Shown here piece by piece: positions 40,601-55,600 of a stretch of 64,000 nt of DNA (within the stretch, counting starts at the first letter, position 1; every line of letters begins with the position of its first letter). Below the pieces are notes generated by a model. That model ran no database searches. It was not told the DNA's origin and was given only the letters and a program-made list of their open reading frames with translations. The translations under genes and the position numbers were made by a program. Source of the DNA: Bispira polyomma (Eukaryota); NCBI GenBank assembly GCA_965649765.1, contig OZ287749.1, positions 73,284,001 through 73,348,000 on the forward strand, read 5' to 3'.

Positions 40601-43600
40601 TATAATTAAAATAGATACCATGCTTTATTATTTCTACCCATGAAAATGTAAATATGTTATCCATAAATCGAATTTAAGGCCACAAAGAAAAAGTTGTGCA
40701 GTTTCTGAGAAGCTCAAGCACACATACCGTGGTTATCCGCGATCGTCTTTTGCGTTTACGTCACTAAAGCCTTAAGGCACCACTCAGACCAATTTCAACT
40801 AAATAAAGTGCGGAGTCATCTATTTTTTTATGTTTTCTACTATACAACTTCAAATTTAAGATTAATATAAAGTTACTATTTTATATATCCAATTATCTAT
40901 ATTTTTTTTGGTGGCAATGTGCTTTTGGGCGCATACTAAAATACACGGTGAAAAAAATGCACGATCGATCTCTTAACTAATCAGCACAGCTCTATCTATT
41001 GCACCTTTTTTTTTTTACATTGAAGAACTGCTAAAACATTTTTTATCAGAAGGCATAAGTTATGAACTACTACTGGAGCATAATCTGGAACTTTAGGTCT
41101 GCAGTGTACTGACACTTCTAATGTGATGTGCCAGTCTATTCCAGAGTATGTCTGTCACAAAGAAAGTTAAAGTCAAACTCGATGTTTTTTGTACTGTTGG
41201 GAATTGATCTATTCTTTGCATGTGAATTAATCGCCTAATTGTTCAATTGATGATTCGTTTGCAATAAAAACGATATCTTTTACACAGACTAATGCTTTGT
41301 TTTGTACAGCATTTTTTGGGGAATTCCGTAATGCAGGCCTGAATATTCATTAGGAGAGCCAATGTGTACCTTGTGTAGATTTTTAAAGTATCAATTATAC
41401 AAAATTGAGAGCGACATCCATGTTGGATTGTCACTGATGATTAATTGACCAGACATCTAATCATCCCAACCATTACGGTTGCTACGTTTTAATTAGACGG
41501 TACGGACCTGTCCAAACTTACCTCTGCCAACAGTCTGCATGCATGACGTGACTGCAGGTATTGGTGTGAAACCCAACAAACAGGTCCGAGGACATAAAGA
41601 GAGGATCAAACGTGGCCGGATCTTCTACCTTTTTCTTCCTTTGTTTGGAAAGCACTGCGGATCTGAAATACAGTAATCCAGCCTGGTTCTAATCTCCAGT
41701 CTACAGGCTTGTTATGTCACATATATAAGCTGTTTTGGGGTAGTAAAATACTAACAGAAACCCTGTATTTGTTGCAAAAAAAGATGACTTTTAGGAATTT
41801 TACTTATGTATTATCTAAAAAATAAATGCTTTAACAGGTTTATACTAATCTACAAACTACAACATATCCACCTATAAAATACTACACTACTGCCAGAAAC
41901 ACTTGAATGAGTTATCTGGACAATTTCTGCAATTCCCCAAGTTTGATGAAAGGGAGTATAGAAGTATGCATTAAGTATTTCTGTAGGTCTTCCAACACCC
42001 AAGCTTTGTGGAATTGTTAGATATCAGAACCTGTTCATCCATCTTTTAATGAAAAAAAAAAGTCATTCTTGTTTAACCAAGCTGACAGGTAACCTCACAA
42101 CCATGGATGAAATTCTGTTTGCGGACGACTCATGCTTGTCCAATGACTAGGATTCTCCGAGTTTGGTAGAAATGATAACACTTGAAATTTCACATTTAGA
42201 GGGGAAAGAATGCCAGTAAACAGGAGTAGCCTAGCCTAGCATATAAGAGTAGCTTAGCATAAGCATGTAAAATATTAATAAGCAGTCCCAAACATACTTC
42301 TGTACATAAGCAGCTAGAACCATAGCTCTGTCACTAGGGGTAACCGTCTGTTCCTCCTGGCACAGGATACACGTCTGACAGATGGATCTGTTCTGGACCC
42401 AAGCCATGCTCTTCTTGGGACCAAGGACTACAGTCTGGACACTCTCAGATTCACCAGCAGATACACTAAAAATACCATTTGCAGAGTCACTAAAATATAG
42501 AATTTGTATATACATATGTCATCTTTTAAAATTAATATTCCTAAATGAAAACAAAAAAAAGAATTTCAATATTTGAATTCAATTCAGGGTTTTACATTGT
42601 TTTACCACTGGCCTACGGCAAGTACCCCTGTGACAATATTTCCCGCCTAAAAGGAACAAAAGAATAAAAGCAGTAACCTTATGTCCATATCAGAGTTGAC
42701 TCTGACTAAGTCTGAGGGATTATCATCAATTTGTGTGCTCAAAAACAACTCTTCATTTTCCTTAATGAAGTTCTTCTGCATACGAGACATCTGTGCCATA
42801 ATCCTGTCTCTTCTCTTGGATGCTTTTTCTGCCTTTTTCCTTTTCTCTTTGGAGACTTTCTCATCAACAGCTGGTGTATGAATAGGTCTAGTGTCACTAC
42901 TGTACGACTTGTCACGGAGTTGGCGCACTTCTTGAAAGAGCTGTGGTAAAAAGTAAAAAAGAAATAGGTCAGATCGACTGTAGGGGTGAGTACTGTGGCT
43001 TAAAATGGTATCACAATGTATTTTAATGTTTAAATCATATTAAAATATGTATTACAATGTGCAGTTGATCCCCTTTACATTAAACCCTCAAGAGACCAGG
43101 ACAAATATATCTACATCATATTTAAAAGATATATCGCAAGATGCAGTTGGTCCCCTTTACATTTAACTTCAATGGAGAAATACCTACTCAAGCAGAATTT
43201 CCAATTAACAAGGTAGATTTTAAAAGAGAATGTTTTTGTGGGCCAATAAATTCTCCACATAAAAAAGAAATGGAGACAATAGAAATCTACCTACAAGGGG
43301 TTCAACTGTATCAGATCATATTTCAATATTAAAGTTTGCAAGAATAAAATCTTCAAAATCAAAGGAGAATGTGCTTGTGTAGTAAAATTGGGAATTAGTG
43401 ATCTAGGATGAAAGTAACCGAACTGTAAAAGTAATAAAAATTAGAGTAATATTTAATTTATTCATTGTATAAACAGCATCTATTGTTTTATTTTTGATTT
43501 CATCACTGAGAAATACCTTGAACGCTCTGGGGAGACTCTGGAGTAGTGAAAAGATGTGCTCTGGTTTTAGGGATTTTAGAGTACTAACCTTCAAAACCCA

Positions 43601-46600
43601 CATTAACAAGTCTTTCTGTATTGTGGTGTGACTTGTAAGCCCTTCCAATAATGACAACATACTTGGGTCTCCTACAACAGAAAATACAGTACACGCTGCA
43701 GAAGTCAAATGTCCAGTATTCACAGGATTAGTACTTGACCTAATTATGAATCACCACCATAAGTTCAACACGGAATCACAGGCTTTACTAAGGTGGGGGT
43801 GATAGCTTTTTTGGCTATTTGACTGCGGTTCAGTCAAGCAGCCACCAAATGTAGCGTTTTGTGAGGTGAAGGTTTTTTTTTGTTTTTTTTTTGATATTTA
43901 ACGTCCACTCTAGTACCTGTTTAGGTTATATTGGGACGGGTAGTTGGAAACGCTGGAGGAAACACTGCATACAGTTGATCAAGGTTCTGCACTGAAACCA
44001 GTGGCCCACAGTAAGAAACTACCACCTTTCCCACATAGGCATCGACGGGATTCGAACTCACACCGCCCAGAGGTGAGAGACCAGCGATTGTGAAGCGGTA
44101 ATGCTTGCTAACTACTAGGCCACCGTGGCCCCCTGTAAGGTGAAGGTAAGTACATTGTTATGCATTAAAAATCCATTATTCGCAGGATTTCGTTCTACTT
44201 TTAGCCAACGATTACTTGTACCTAATTTAAAAGAAGTATTTTTGAATGTTGAGACCAGAAAATTGGTTTTAGTGATAAAGAAATTTGACTTTTGCTGGTT
44301 TTAGTTACAGAGGGTCAACTGTATAGAAATGTAGTAGTTAAATATTTGGAGTAGTTTTACTGTTTACCAACTAAAGTAATACCCATCTCACTAAATTTCA
44401 AATGCTGTAATTTTTTCTTGAATGTACTTTTAATATAATAGAACCTATCGCATTAGATCACAAACCTTGAAAAAGGGTGTTTTAAATTCTAGTGTTGCAA
44501 ATAATAATTAACTTTACAGGATACTTCGGATTGATCAATGCTTTTTTGTGATATCATTGCTCACCAAGTCTTAGAAATGAAGTCACTGTGCATGTTAACA
44601 TAGCCTGGAGTTCTAAATGAGACAAATATCTGAAAATCTTAAAATATAAGACATATCCTATCACATACATGTATGTTGTATACAATACAATTCAGCCAAC
44701 TCACCTTGTGTAGCTCTTTCTATGAAGGTAAATGGTTTGCCCAGATAGTGTGCTCTTTTCTCTTCATGTAAGGCCAAACCAATCAAATGCAAGATCTATC
44801 CAAAGGAAAAATAAATAACCTTTAACAAAGAATGTAAAATAAACTCTGAGAGCTTATAGTTTATTTGGCACGTAAAGCGTGATAGGTGCCAATACATTAG
44901 ACTAGTAAACTGTCTTTAGATCAGAACATGTAATTTGTCATATAACTAAGTCTTTATATTGTACTGTATCAAAGTGAAATAGGCAAAACTTACTTTAATT
45001 TCTGATTCGGTGCAAGATTAACTTTTTGGAACTAACAGTGTTGGTCTCCCTGATATAATAATGTATTTCACAGGAATGGCACTACTCAACTTCCTTAACC
45101 AATTTTAACAAATTATTCTGTGTAATTATCTGTGTCTGCTCATTCCACACACCATGGAAAGTTGAAGTTCTGAATGTATTGGCTTTTCCATTAACATTTA
45201 AGGGGTTGCTGTGGCCTAGTGGTTGTAATCACTGGCCTCTCACCTTCTTTATGTAAGAAAGTTTGTCAGGTACTTGCTGTAGGTCAGTGGTTTACAGTGC
45301 CTCATCACTGGCTTCCCTGATCACTAATCCTGGCTGTCGCAATATGACCCCAGCTGTTGAAAGTGATGTAAAACCCTCTGACAAGGAGGTTATGTTTTCA
45401 TTAGTGTCTATTGGTTTTTCTGCTCATTTGTCACCCAAATTACACATCTATGCATCTAGGTAAGGGCGGATTCAGGGATGACTTTTTGTTCAATTTTTTT
45501 GGACTACGAGGTCTAAGTGGATGTATATGCTCTAACGAGTGCCCTTCTACTTATAAATTAAGCCAATATAGAGAAAGACTGAACCTTTTCAAACTGGACT
45601 TCTGACCAAGATCTGGACCTCTTTGCTCCAGTTCTGGTTAGGATCAGTTTCATCATATAGATCATGACATCACAAGTGAGGAGGTTGATGATACGACTAA
45701 AGCCTTGCTCAAAGGGTGGCGGTATCGGAGGGGGTAGGGCTGAAAGAATTAATATCAAAATTATACAAAGATGGCTTAGAAAGTCCACATATACCCCATC
45801 AACGATTTTCCAGTAAGTACATCAATATACAAAATGTGGACAAAATTACTGAAAGAAATGTACTTGATGTGTCATATAGCCACAATCGAACATTGTTTTT
45901 TACATGCATTCACTAAGCAAAATAATTTGTTATTACACAAATGCACTTCTAGTTCTCGAGATACATTCTAAGCAAAATTGTGTGACTGGTAGCATAACGG
46001 ATGGACAGATGGTCCGTTATCATTTCTATATCCCCTTTAACTTGTTGAGACAAAAAGCTCTGAAGGGTATTCAATATCTACAGTCAAACCTTTTCCAGTA
46101 GTACTGTTCTAAGTCACCTTCCCTTTCATGTGGAGAAGTCGAAATCATGCCCATGATTGACCCACAAAGACATCTTAAAAATCTACCATTTAAAGTGGAA
46201 AGCCTGCTTAAGTAGAGGTATTTTCCATGGTCCCTATTAGTTTGACTTATAGTAGCTCAACTGTATGTTACACATCAGGAGAGATATTCAGTATTTGGCA
46301 ATTTGCTGGCAGTGTTATTGTTACCTTTTTCACCAATGAACATAGTGAGAATTAATTCCCAGTTTTATGTTTATATAACCATTTCAAGTAAAAACAACCA
46401 ATAGGTAAAATGACTTTTACTGAGTTCCTCTGAAATTGTCAATTAGTGAAATATTTTTTTAGATGATGTCTACTTGTCATACTAATACTTTATTGCCCAG
46501 ACACTTTGTATCTAAATAACCGATACTTTATATTTAAGTACATGAGAACATTCACATTTTAACTACATGTGATCATTCACATTTTGGAGTACCCAATTAG

Positions 46601-49600
46601 GGAAACCTTAATCGACTACTTTTATTTCGGTTTCAAAGCTAGTTGGGCATGATTTCGACTAACCGGCACTATGTGACACCTTTATTATTAAGATAAATGT
46701 GTGTTTCCAGTACCTTGGTCCAGTCCAGCCTGCTTTCTCCTCTTCTTCTGTACTTCCTCCGCTTTAGACTGTTCAGTCCGTGAGTAGTGGTAAAAGAGTG
46801 GGTTAAACAGCTCATAAAACACGGGTTTTAATTCATACATACCCTTACCCTGTGGTCCACTGGCTTTCCTACACAACAAAATACAGTTACTTTTAGCTGG
46901 ACATTGTTTTGCAGATTTTTATTGTGCATTAATGACGTTGAGCATCTTCTACAGCGCAACATTCAAATCAATACACCAAGTGAAATGCATAAAAAAAATG
47001 CATTGAGGACGGATGCAGCGCGAGACTATCTTAGCATTAATTATTTTAATGTAAAAATAAGCTACGATCTAGGAGAGCAGTGCAGTAAAAACACACAATG
47101 GCCTTTAGAGTAATAAGGGCAGAAAGGCCAAAGCACCCACTACAACTCTTCTGAGGTTAGAGTTTCAACCTGCTTTACCCTAAACTCTCTCTGAATAGCC
47201 CAAACGAGCACCTCTAAATGGGCTTTCACTTAAATTGCAGCATATCTAGGGGATGGGCTCTAAAGAGAATGTGGTTTTCTGTTTATAAATTTAACTGTAT
47301 TTACAGACAAGAGGAGAATGGCCTGGCGGCTATATCATGATAATGCCACTACAAAGCAAGTTACTGACGAGTGTGAAAAAAGTAAGCCAGTCAAAATGTA
47401 TTTCGAGAACCATCTACTGAGGGGTAATGAGTAAGGTAAACCAAACGCAAAATTCAAATCTAAAACATCTATGTATAAACAAAATTTACGAGACCCGAAA
47501 GACATTCTTCACAAAATATTAATCTGTTACTAGTGAGGTTCCGTTAGTCTGCCATACTAGTGAAGTGGACAAAATTGATCTTAACTTCAAATATTAACTT
47601 AAAAGTGTATAGGAAGCTAAAAAAACATATACAAAGCATTCCGTGACCAATCAATCGGTCCCACCCATATCTTTGATACATAAAACGTGAATAGTAGGCG
47701 ATAATACCATATATTTGAGTTTCACCATAAAATGTTTAATTTTCACGAACTTTGTCTTATGACATTGACATTTAAAAATAAAATAAAATGTTGCAACTGT
47801 AACCTCTCCATTTTTGATATCTGAGAAGTTTACATCAGTATACAAATGTAAATGAAATCCACCGAGCAGGTTTTGTGTTACAGTCTGGAAGTAATTAAAC
47901 ACTTTAAACTCATTTTTTTTTTATAATACTTTTACTGTTACGAGTTTAAGGTCACCATACAAAAGAGTTCTTCTTTAGGTCCATATACATGTACATCTAT
48001 GTGCCAAATACAAATCAAATCCATCAAGCAGTTTTGAAGTTAGAGTCCAGAATGACTGAAACATGCTGTAACCTTAAAGTAGTCATAAAATTTTAACTCT
48101 TAGGAGTTTAAGGTCATCATACAATAGGGTTCCTCCTCAGGTCCATATACATGTACATCTATGTGCCAAATATAAATGAAATCCATCAAGCAGTTTTGGA
48201 AGTTGGAGTCCGGAATGACTGAAACATGCTGTAAACTTAAGGTCGTCATGAAATTTTAACTCTCAGGAGTTTAAGGTCACCATACAAGAGGATTCCTCTG
48301 CAGGTCCATATACACCTGTGTACAAAATATGAATGAAATCCATCAAGCGGTTTTGGAGTCTGAGTCCAGAAAAACTGAAATATGTTGTAACCTTAAAGTC
48401 ATAACGAAGTTTTAACTCTTAGGAATTTAAGGTCATCATAAAATAGAGTTCCTCCTCAAGTCAATATACATCTGTGTACCAATTATGAATGAAATTCATC
48501 AAGCAGTTTTGGAGTTAGAGTCCAGAAAAGCTGAAATATGTTGTAACCTTAAAGTAGTAATGAAATTTTAACTCTTAGGAGTTCAAGGCCACCATACAAT
48601 AGGGTTACTCCTCAGGTCCATATGCATTTGTGTACCAAATATGAATGAAATCCATCAAACCGTTTCAAAGTTAGAGTCCTGAATGATTGAAACATGCTGC
48701 AATCTTAATAAGGTTTGTCATATATGCCTTTTGTAACGGACCCTTCAATCAAATCTGACAATGTCAATATTTAAAACTTGAATAACTTGTACTATACCCA
48801 ATATAATCAAGCCAAATTAATTTTGGACCAACTAGAGACCAAAGAGTGTATATATACCAAATATAAAAGCACAACTCCTTACAGATTCAGAGATTACCCT
48901 GTGGACAGGATGTTGCTCTTCGTAATTATGGTTTTCCACTATCCCCCCCCCCCTCCCTCTTTCTCTAGGAAAGCATGATTATGCCAATAAGCATTGGCAT
49001 AATCATGCAAAATCTGGGGGTGGGCTATTAAGAAAGCATGGCCTATAACACAGATAGAGAGCTGTCTGTATATTAATCAGTTATAATTATTTTGTTAGAG
49101 AGCTGTCTGTATATTAATCAGTTATAATTATTTTGTTATCAAACTTTTCATCATTAAAACAAAATCTTGAGTGCTCTCCTAATATATTTGAATAAAGATT
49201 TAAACAGTATATTAGACAATCGGCAGTAACAATAACTTTATATTAAGGTGTTTGTTGGTTTGAATAATAGAGGTAGTACTGTCTAAAGAGAGAGAGACTG
49301 ACTTGAAGTCCGCCACTTCTAGGACAACATCCTCTAGGCCCGTCTCATGGTGGGAGTCGTCTGGTAATGACTTGGACAGCTCACTATGAGGCATGGCCTG
49401 TAGACACAGCTGGTGAATCACCTCATGTTTGACCACTTCCTTCTTATCTACAGCCCCAATACCTGGCTGATAACGCTCTCCTACAACATCATGTGTACAA
49501 CAGAATTCAAATACCACACACATACCTAGATTTGCTTAATAATTTAACAATGTAGGACATGTTACCACACATTCAGAGAGGAACACAAAAATGTTTGTTT

Positions 49601-52600
49601 TTACACTATATATGTACATGTAGTTTTAGAGCAGATTTCGAGAATTTAGATTATTGTAAGTTTAAGATCTTTGATAAATACAGGCTCTGAACTATTAGGT
49701 TATTGTCGCAACTACTGGTTCCGCTCTCCATCTCGCCTATGTTCGTGTAAACGCCCATCCCCAACTTTTCAAACATTACGGAAAACGGCTAATTAATGTT
49801 GCAAAAAACGTATTATATAACAACAAATACCATACAGAAACTATCAAAAATCGATGTTTTTATATGTAAAACATACCAGTTTAAGGTAACTTGGTCATAT
49901 AAACAGCCATCATTTGCGCTTCCTGTGTACACTAACGATGGTGACGTTTTCTCACCTGGGAGCACCGGTAATTTCCGATATACAGGTGAAGATAAAAACA
50001 ACAAAATGGGGCTGTTTTTCGCAAGAAATTGTATGGATTTGTTGATTATTCTATTTGACAGATGAAATAGGTGAGTTTTCTGTCATTTTATAGCAAAACA
50101 ATGAGTTCGCGTAACGGCCCATTCTCGCAACGCCCACCCCAACTTCTTTGAATTTACGTCGTTTTTGCCCCTGGGCGCTTCCGAGAGCAGAACCGGTAAT
50201 TTCACTGGCTAAAAATATTTAACTATGGCGGCTAAGTCAGACAGAGTTCTCAGATGAACCGGGCTGGTATTTACAAAGATTCTTAAATAATCGTCCGAAC
50301 TAATTTCATTGGCTGAAAATATTGCTTGGCAACATGGTCTCTGTACCTTAGAAGTACAAACTCACTTGACAAACAAGACAACAGCTATTTTTTAAAAGAT
50401 TTTTTATTGTTTTACAGGTTTTTTATGATCTGCAGGAACCCTGCATAGACATCTACAAAGGACATTTTGTTCAAACTCCAGTGCACTGCTTGCATAATGA
50501 GGGAAAGTATTTCAGACACTAGTGTTTGGGAATATATTGTAAATACACTTGGAAGAGAAAGAATCAATAAACACAGATGACAGGATGCCTTTATCTCTAC
50601 CAGTGGTACTAACCGGTAATTGAATTTTAAGGTTTTCCACAATACTTCCAATTTCAATCACTTACCAAGTATTACTATAAGGAGGTTCAGAAATTCTTCT
50701 GCCAATGTGATTTTCTGGCGGATTAAATCATCCATGCTCTCCTTAGGCTGGTCAAAGTCATCCCTGTATTGTATATAATTAACTACATAAAAACACTGTC
50801 CATAAAATTTCTAGCATTATTAGAACTCAGTGAAGAATCTAACAATTCTATTGTATAACATGTGATCATGAGGCGAAATATGAAATCTTTAATATTTTTG
50901 TTGCTTTTTAGTCCACATATTCCAGTCTTTATAAAGACATATTTTTGGGTGGGATGGAGATCCATAGTTATCAGATAAACCTCCCATGGCAAGCAGTTTG
51001 GCTTTACATAGACAAATGGCAGGAACAAACCAACAGGCAAACCGCAGTTCTAATCGCCCACCTGGCTTTCTGAATGGTTTTCAGTGACTAGTAAGCAGTA
51101 CTATTCTTCTCTACTAATTGTCAAATGCTATTTTATAGACGTTGTAATACTCGCAAGAATCTCACTCCCTGTGCCAAATCGGACATCAAAAGATTCCCAG
51201 GACATGATTTCCTATAGGTTGGTTTACATCCAAAACCTGTTTGACCAAAAATAAGCGAGATATAGGCACTTTTAAGTTTGGCCTCCCTGTTTGACCATGA
51301 AGGAGAGGCCCAAGGTCAAATCTGAGCACATCAAAAGATTCCCTGTTCATGATTTCATATAGGTTTGTTTTAGATCCCAAACCTCTGAGACCAATATTAA
51401 GCTAGATATATGCACTTTTAAGTTTGGCCAAAATCGGTCGCTTGGGGTACTTTGGCACTCTGTCGATAACTTAAATGAGGAGATTCAAGGACATAAGTCT
51501 GCATGCTTGTACAGGACATATATATCCGTTAAACCTATCACCCGTAAAAAAAATTCACCCTTCTACAGCTGAGAAACAGACACAGTTAAAAGCCTAAATA
51601 TTTTTAAAAAAACACCTGTGGCAGACATTTTGTTTTTCAAAACTAGAAATAGGACGCCCTGTTAAGAGTAGTCGCAACATATGAAAAGAAACAGGATAGC
51701 ATAGAAGAACACACATTAGCATGTGTAATGTCCACCCCATGAACCTTTTGGAACAATTGCACAGTAGTCTTACAGGACTGTTTTGTTTGTAAAATATATC
51801 AACAATGCTCCAAAATTTATTAGTATATATGTAAATTATTTCAACTGCACGGACAAAATGTCGTCAGACAAAATACCGAGGGGACAAAACGGCAGTCAAA
51901 ATTGCAAGGGGGACAAAATGCTGTCTAACTAAATGGTACATAACACATTTACACAAGCACTACCTAGTAGTGTACACCCATGTAACAGATTCCCGAAAAA
52001 AGTCCATCAGGAAAAATGTCCATCAAGTGAATCCCATCAGCAAAAAATCCCATCAGGAAAATTGGCCATCAGCTAAAGTGATGGGTGGGAAAATTGGCCA
52101 TCAATTTTGCAAAATTTCTTCACAACAGATAATTTAACTATTATTTATAAAAATCTGATGTAAGGTAATGATAAAATACATTTACAATTGATTAAGGTCC
52201 ACTTTTATTTCAGGTTTATGTATAAGTTTCATAAGTTTATTTATTAAATCAAAGGAATAGTGCATAAATTTCATGTTATTTTATTTGTATCAAAAGAAGG
52301 GTGCACAAGTTTCCTAATTTTTCATTTACACCAAAGGAAGGGTGTATGTGGTGTGTCTACTCAGGCGAGATCAAGAAAAAGCTATTGTTCGTTGTATAAT
52401 CTGTGCGTGAATTCTTTAAAAGCTCAGAAGAAATCAATTGATGGGCAGTGTGTGAGAGTAATAACAAATTGCTCTATCTCGCACGGTTCGGGAGATAGAA
52501 GCAAATTTGTGTTTTTCCAGTTTTGGCAAAAATTCGAAAATTCAAAATGGCCGCCATTTTTAGGGAGAGGAAATTTTTTTGAAAATTGCCTATAGTACAT

Positions 52601-55600
52601 TTTTTGATACCCTGTGGGTCGAAAATTTCAACGAAATCGCTCTATCTCGTACGGTTAAGGAGATAGAAGTAAATTTGTGTTTTTTGAAAATTGGTAAGAG
52701 TACATTTCTTACATACCCTGTGGGTCGAAAATTTTGACGAAATCGCTCTATCTCGCACGGTTAAGAAGATAGAAGCAAATTTACGTTTTTCCATTTTTGG
52801 CAAAAATTCGAAAATTCAAAATGGCCGCCATTTTTGGGGAGAGTAAAATTTTTTTGAAAATTGCAAAGAGTACATTGCTTAGATACCCTGAGGGTCGAAA
52901 CTTCGACAAAATTGCTCTATCTCGCACGATTTAGGAGATAGACATATTTATGTTTTTTGCTATGTAGCTATTACTCAGGAGGTTAAAGCTATTACTCAGT
53001 TAGCTATAAAGGTATTATCACCAAAAGCAATCCCAAGCAAGCTACTGATCCAATAATCCTCCATCCTAAATTTTGTGAACATAGGTGAAAGTAGCTAAGT
53101 AGCTATTGCTGAGTCAGTTATATAGCTATTATCACTAAAAGCAATCCCAAGCAAGCTATTCACCTAACTATTGGTCATACCAAATTTGAGATATGTCAAA
53201 TATTTTTTCTTAAAAAGCCCGGAAACAAAAGAAGTACATAAAAGTAAGTAAGTAGCTATTACTCAGTTAGCTATGGAGCTATCTTCACCAAAAGCAATCC
53301 CATGCAAGCTATTAACCCAATAAACCCCCATACCAAATTTGGTAAACATAGGATAAATACCTTTCCTTGAAATGACCGGAAACCAAGCGTGACAGACGGC
53401 GGAGGGTGGACGCCGGAAAAAGCAAAAATAATATGTCCACCCCCCATTGGGGTGAACATAATAAGGCCAAAAAAGGTCAAACCTCCACACACACTGACAC
53501 GGCGGCATAATCCAATGTATCCACCGGAGTTTTCCAGTGGATACAATAATAGAGCTTCCACTGTACATCCATAATGCTTTTAAATGTAATAGTTTTTTTG
53601 CACACTATACCCTAACCTGATCCAATTGGTGAGTGCAAACTTGTTGATTAGATGTACAATAAAGTGGTTCTCATCAATCATGGCTGCCCCTGCCTGAAGT
53701 ATTGATATATCTCGGTCATACATCTCTGTACGACACTTCACATTGAAGTAGTAATAGATCTGGAAAAAAATTTATCACACTTTGATATATTCTAGCACAT
53801 ATTTTTAATTATATCATATGCAAGCATTGACAAGACATCATCCTTAAGATGTCACATTTACAGGCAAAATAATACCTTTCAAAATATAGTCTGTTACTCA
53901 TAGAAATAAGTTAAATATGTGAGAATATTAAAAGTAAATCTATTATGTCTAAGAAGTAGACGTAATCGTGTACCGCAATATAATGACATCATCCAGAGGT
54001 GTAAGTTTAGGTATCGTGATTACCATTTTGAAATTATGATATTGTGGGAACTTCCAATGCACTTTTGGTTTTAGATACTCAGACACAAACAACTAAATTT
54101 AATGAACAAGTTCACTAATTGAAAAGATAAAATAGACGAAACGTGACCAAGGGGAGCATAAAAATGTCAGTATTTCCAACGAAAAAGTTGACCAATAACC
54201 TTACAATGTAAATAAATGAAGCCAACGAAACTTTTGAAAAAGATTTTATGTACATATTTCTAATCGTGTTATCATCATGAAAATCTGGTGATATTGTGAT
54301 GCCATTTTTTGACTGGTGACAACCTCACTAATAAGAAGTAATTTTGAAAACATTAAGCCTCCTTTGTTGTGAATTGTGCAGCTGTGAACACTGGAACTTC
54401 GCCTATACGGATTTAAACGAGAGATATCTTGCCGTTTGCAAAGAATATTTCTCCGTGAGAATGGTGGTAACATATTGAACCATTCCTGTGTCTTTACCCA
54501 CAGTCGCAAAGGTTCGTCTTCAGTTGGCGATAATACTAATACCTCAATCCATGGTAACAGTATATAAATAGAAACGTTTTATTATATTTCTATAGTGTTA
54601 CTGCGGATTTGAAGTATTTGTAATATCACCCACTGAAGGCAGACCCTAGTGACAGTGTCTTTACCTGATTAATAAGGGAGAATCCATTTCTTTTCCACAT
54701 GCCAGCATGTGTTTGAGCAATGAGAACCTGACACCTCAGGGATGGCTCGATAAATAGTTCTGGTTGTAGAATCTGTGGTAAAATCAGGTTACATGTTCAT
54801 TATATCCTACTCCCCATCCAAGGCAAAGGGCCATCAGTACAAAGGGTACTCCCCCATCCAAGGCACAGGGCCATCAGTACAAAGGGTACTCCCCCATCCA
54901 AGGCAAAGGACCATCAGTACAAAGGGTACTCCCCCATTCAAGGCAAAGGGCCATCAGTACAAAGGGTACTCCCCCATCCAAGGCACAGGGCCATCAGTAC
55001 AAAGGGTACTCCCCCATCCAAGGCAAAGGGCCATCAGTACAAAGGGTACTTCCCCATCCAAGGGAAAGGGCCATCAGTACAAAGGGTACTCCCCCATCCA
55101 AGGCAAAGGGCCATCAGTACAAAGGGTACTCCCCATCCAAGGCAAAGGGCCATCAGTACAAAGGGTAAACAAAAATGCTAATCAGAAGAGAAGTACCATT
55201 AATATTGTATAACTTTTAGTCTTTTACTGTCTTCAGCTTTTGCCATGGTATTAAATGTCATTTATTTTAAGGATTCCTAGAAAAAGACCCTGGTAAATTT
55301 GACAAACTTTGACACAAAATAAAAAGACCCTGACAAATTTGACAAACTTTGACACAAAAAATACAGCCACATTAGACTGTTTCAAATAATAATTATTGTC
55401 TTGTAAATAATACTGCATATCTATGCAGTAATTTAGCATGGAAACTATTGTGTACTAATGATGGGAGTAATAGTGAAATCACATTAACGTAAGATCTCGG
55501 AACAATATACATACACATATATAACATACAACTTAAGAACAACCTGTATCATCTAAAAATTTAAAATTTACTATATGAATATCAAAGTCTTGTTAGTTCT

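Noticed and set aside
54775-55212. 145-aa ORF
   Set aside because: Translation of the 40-bp minisatellite, antisense in a UBR intron.
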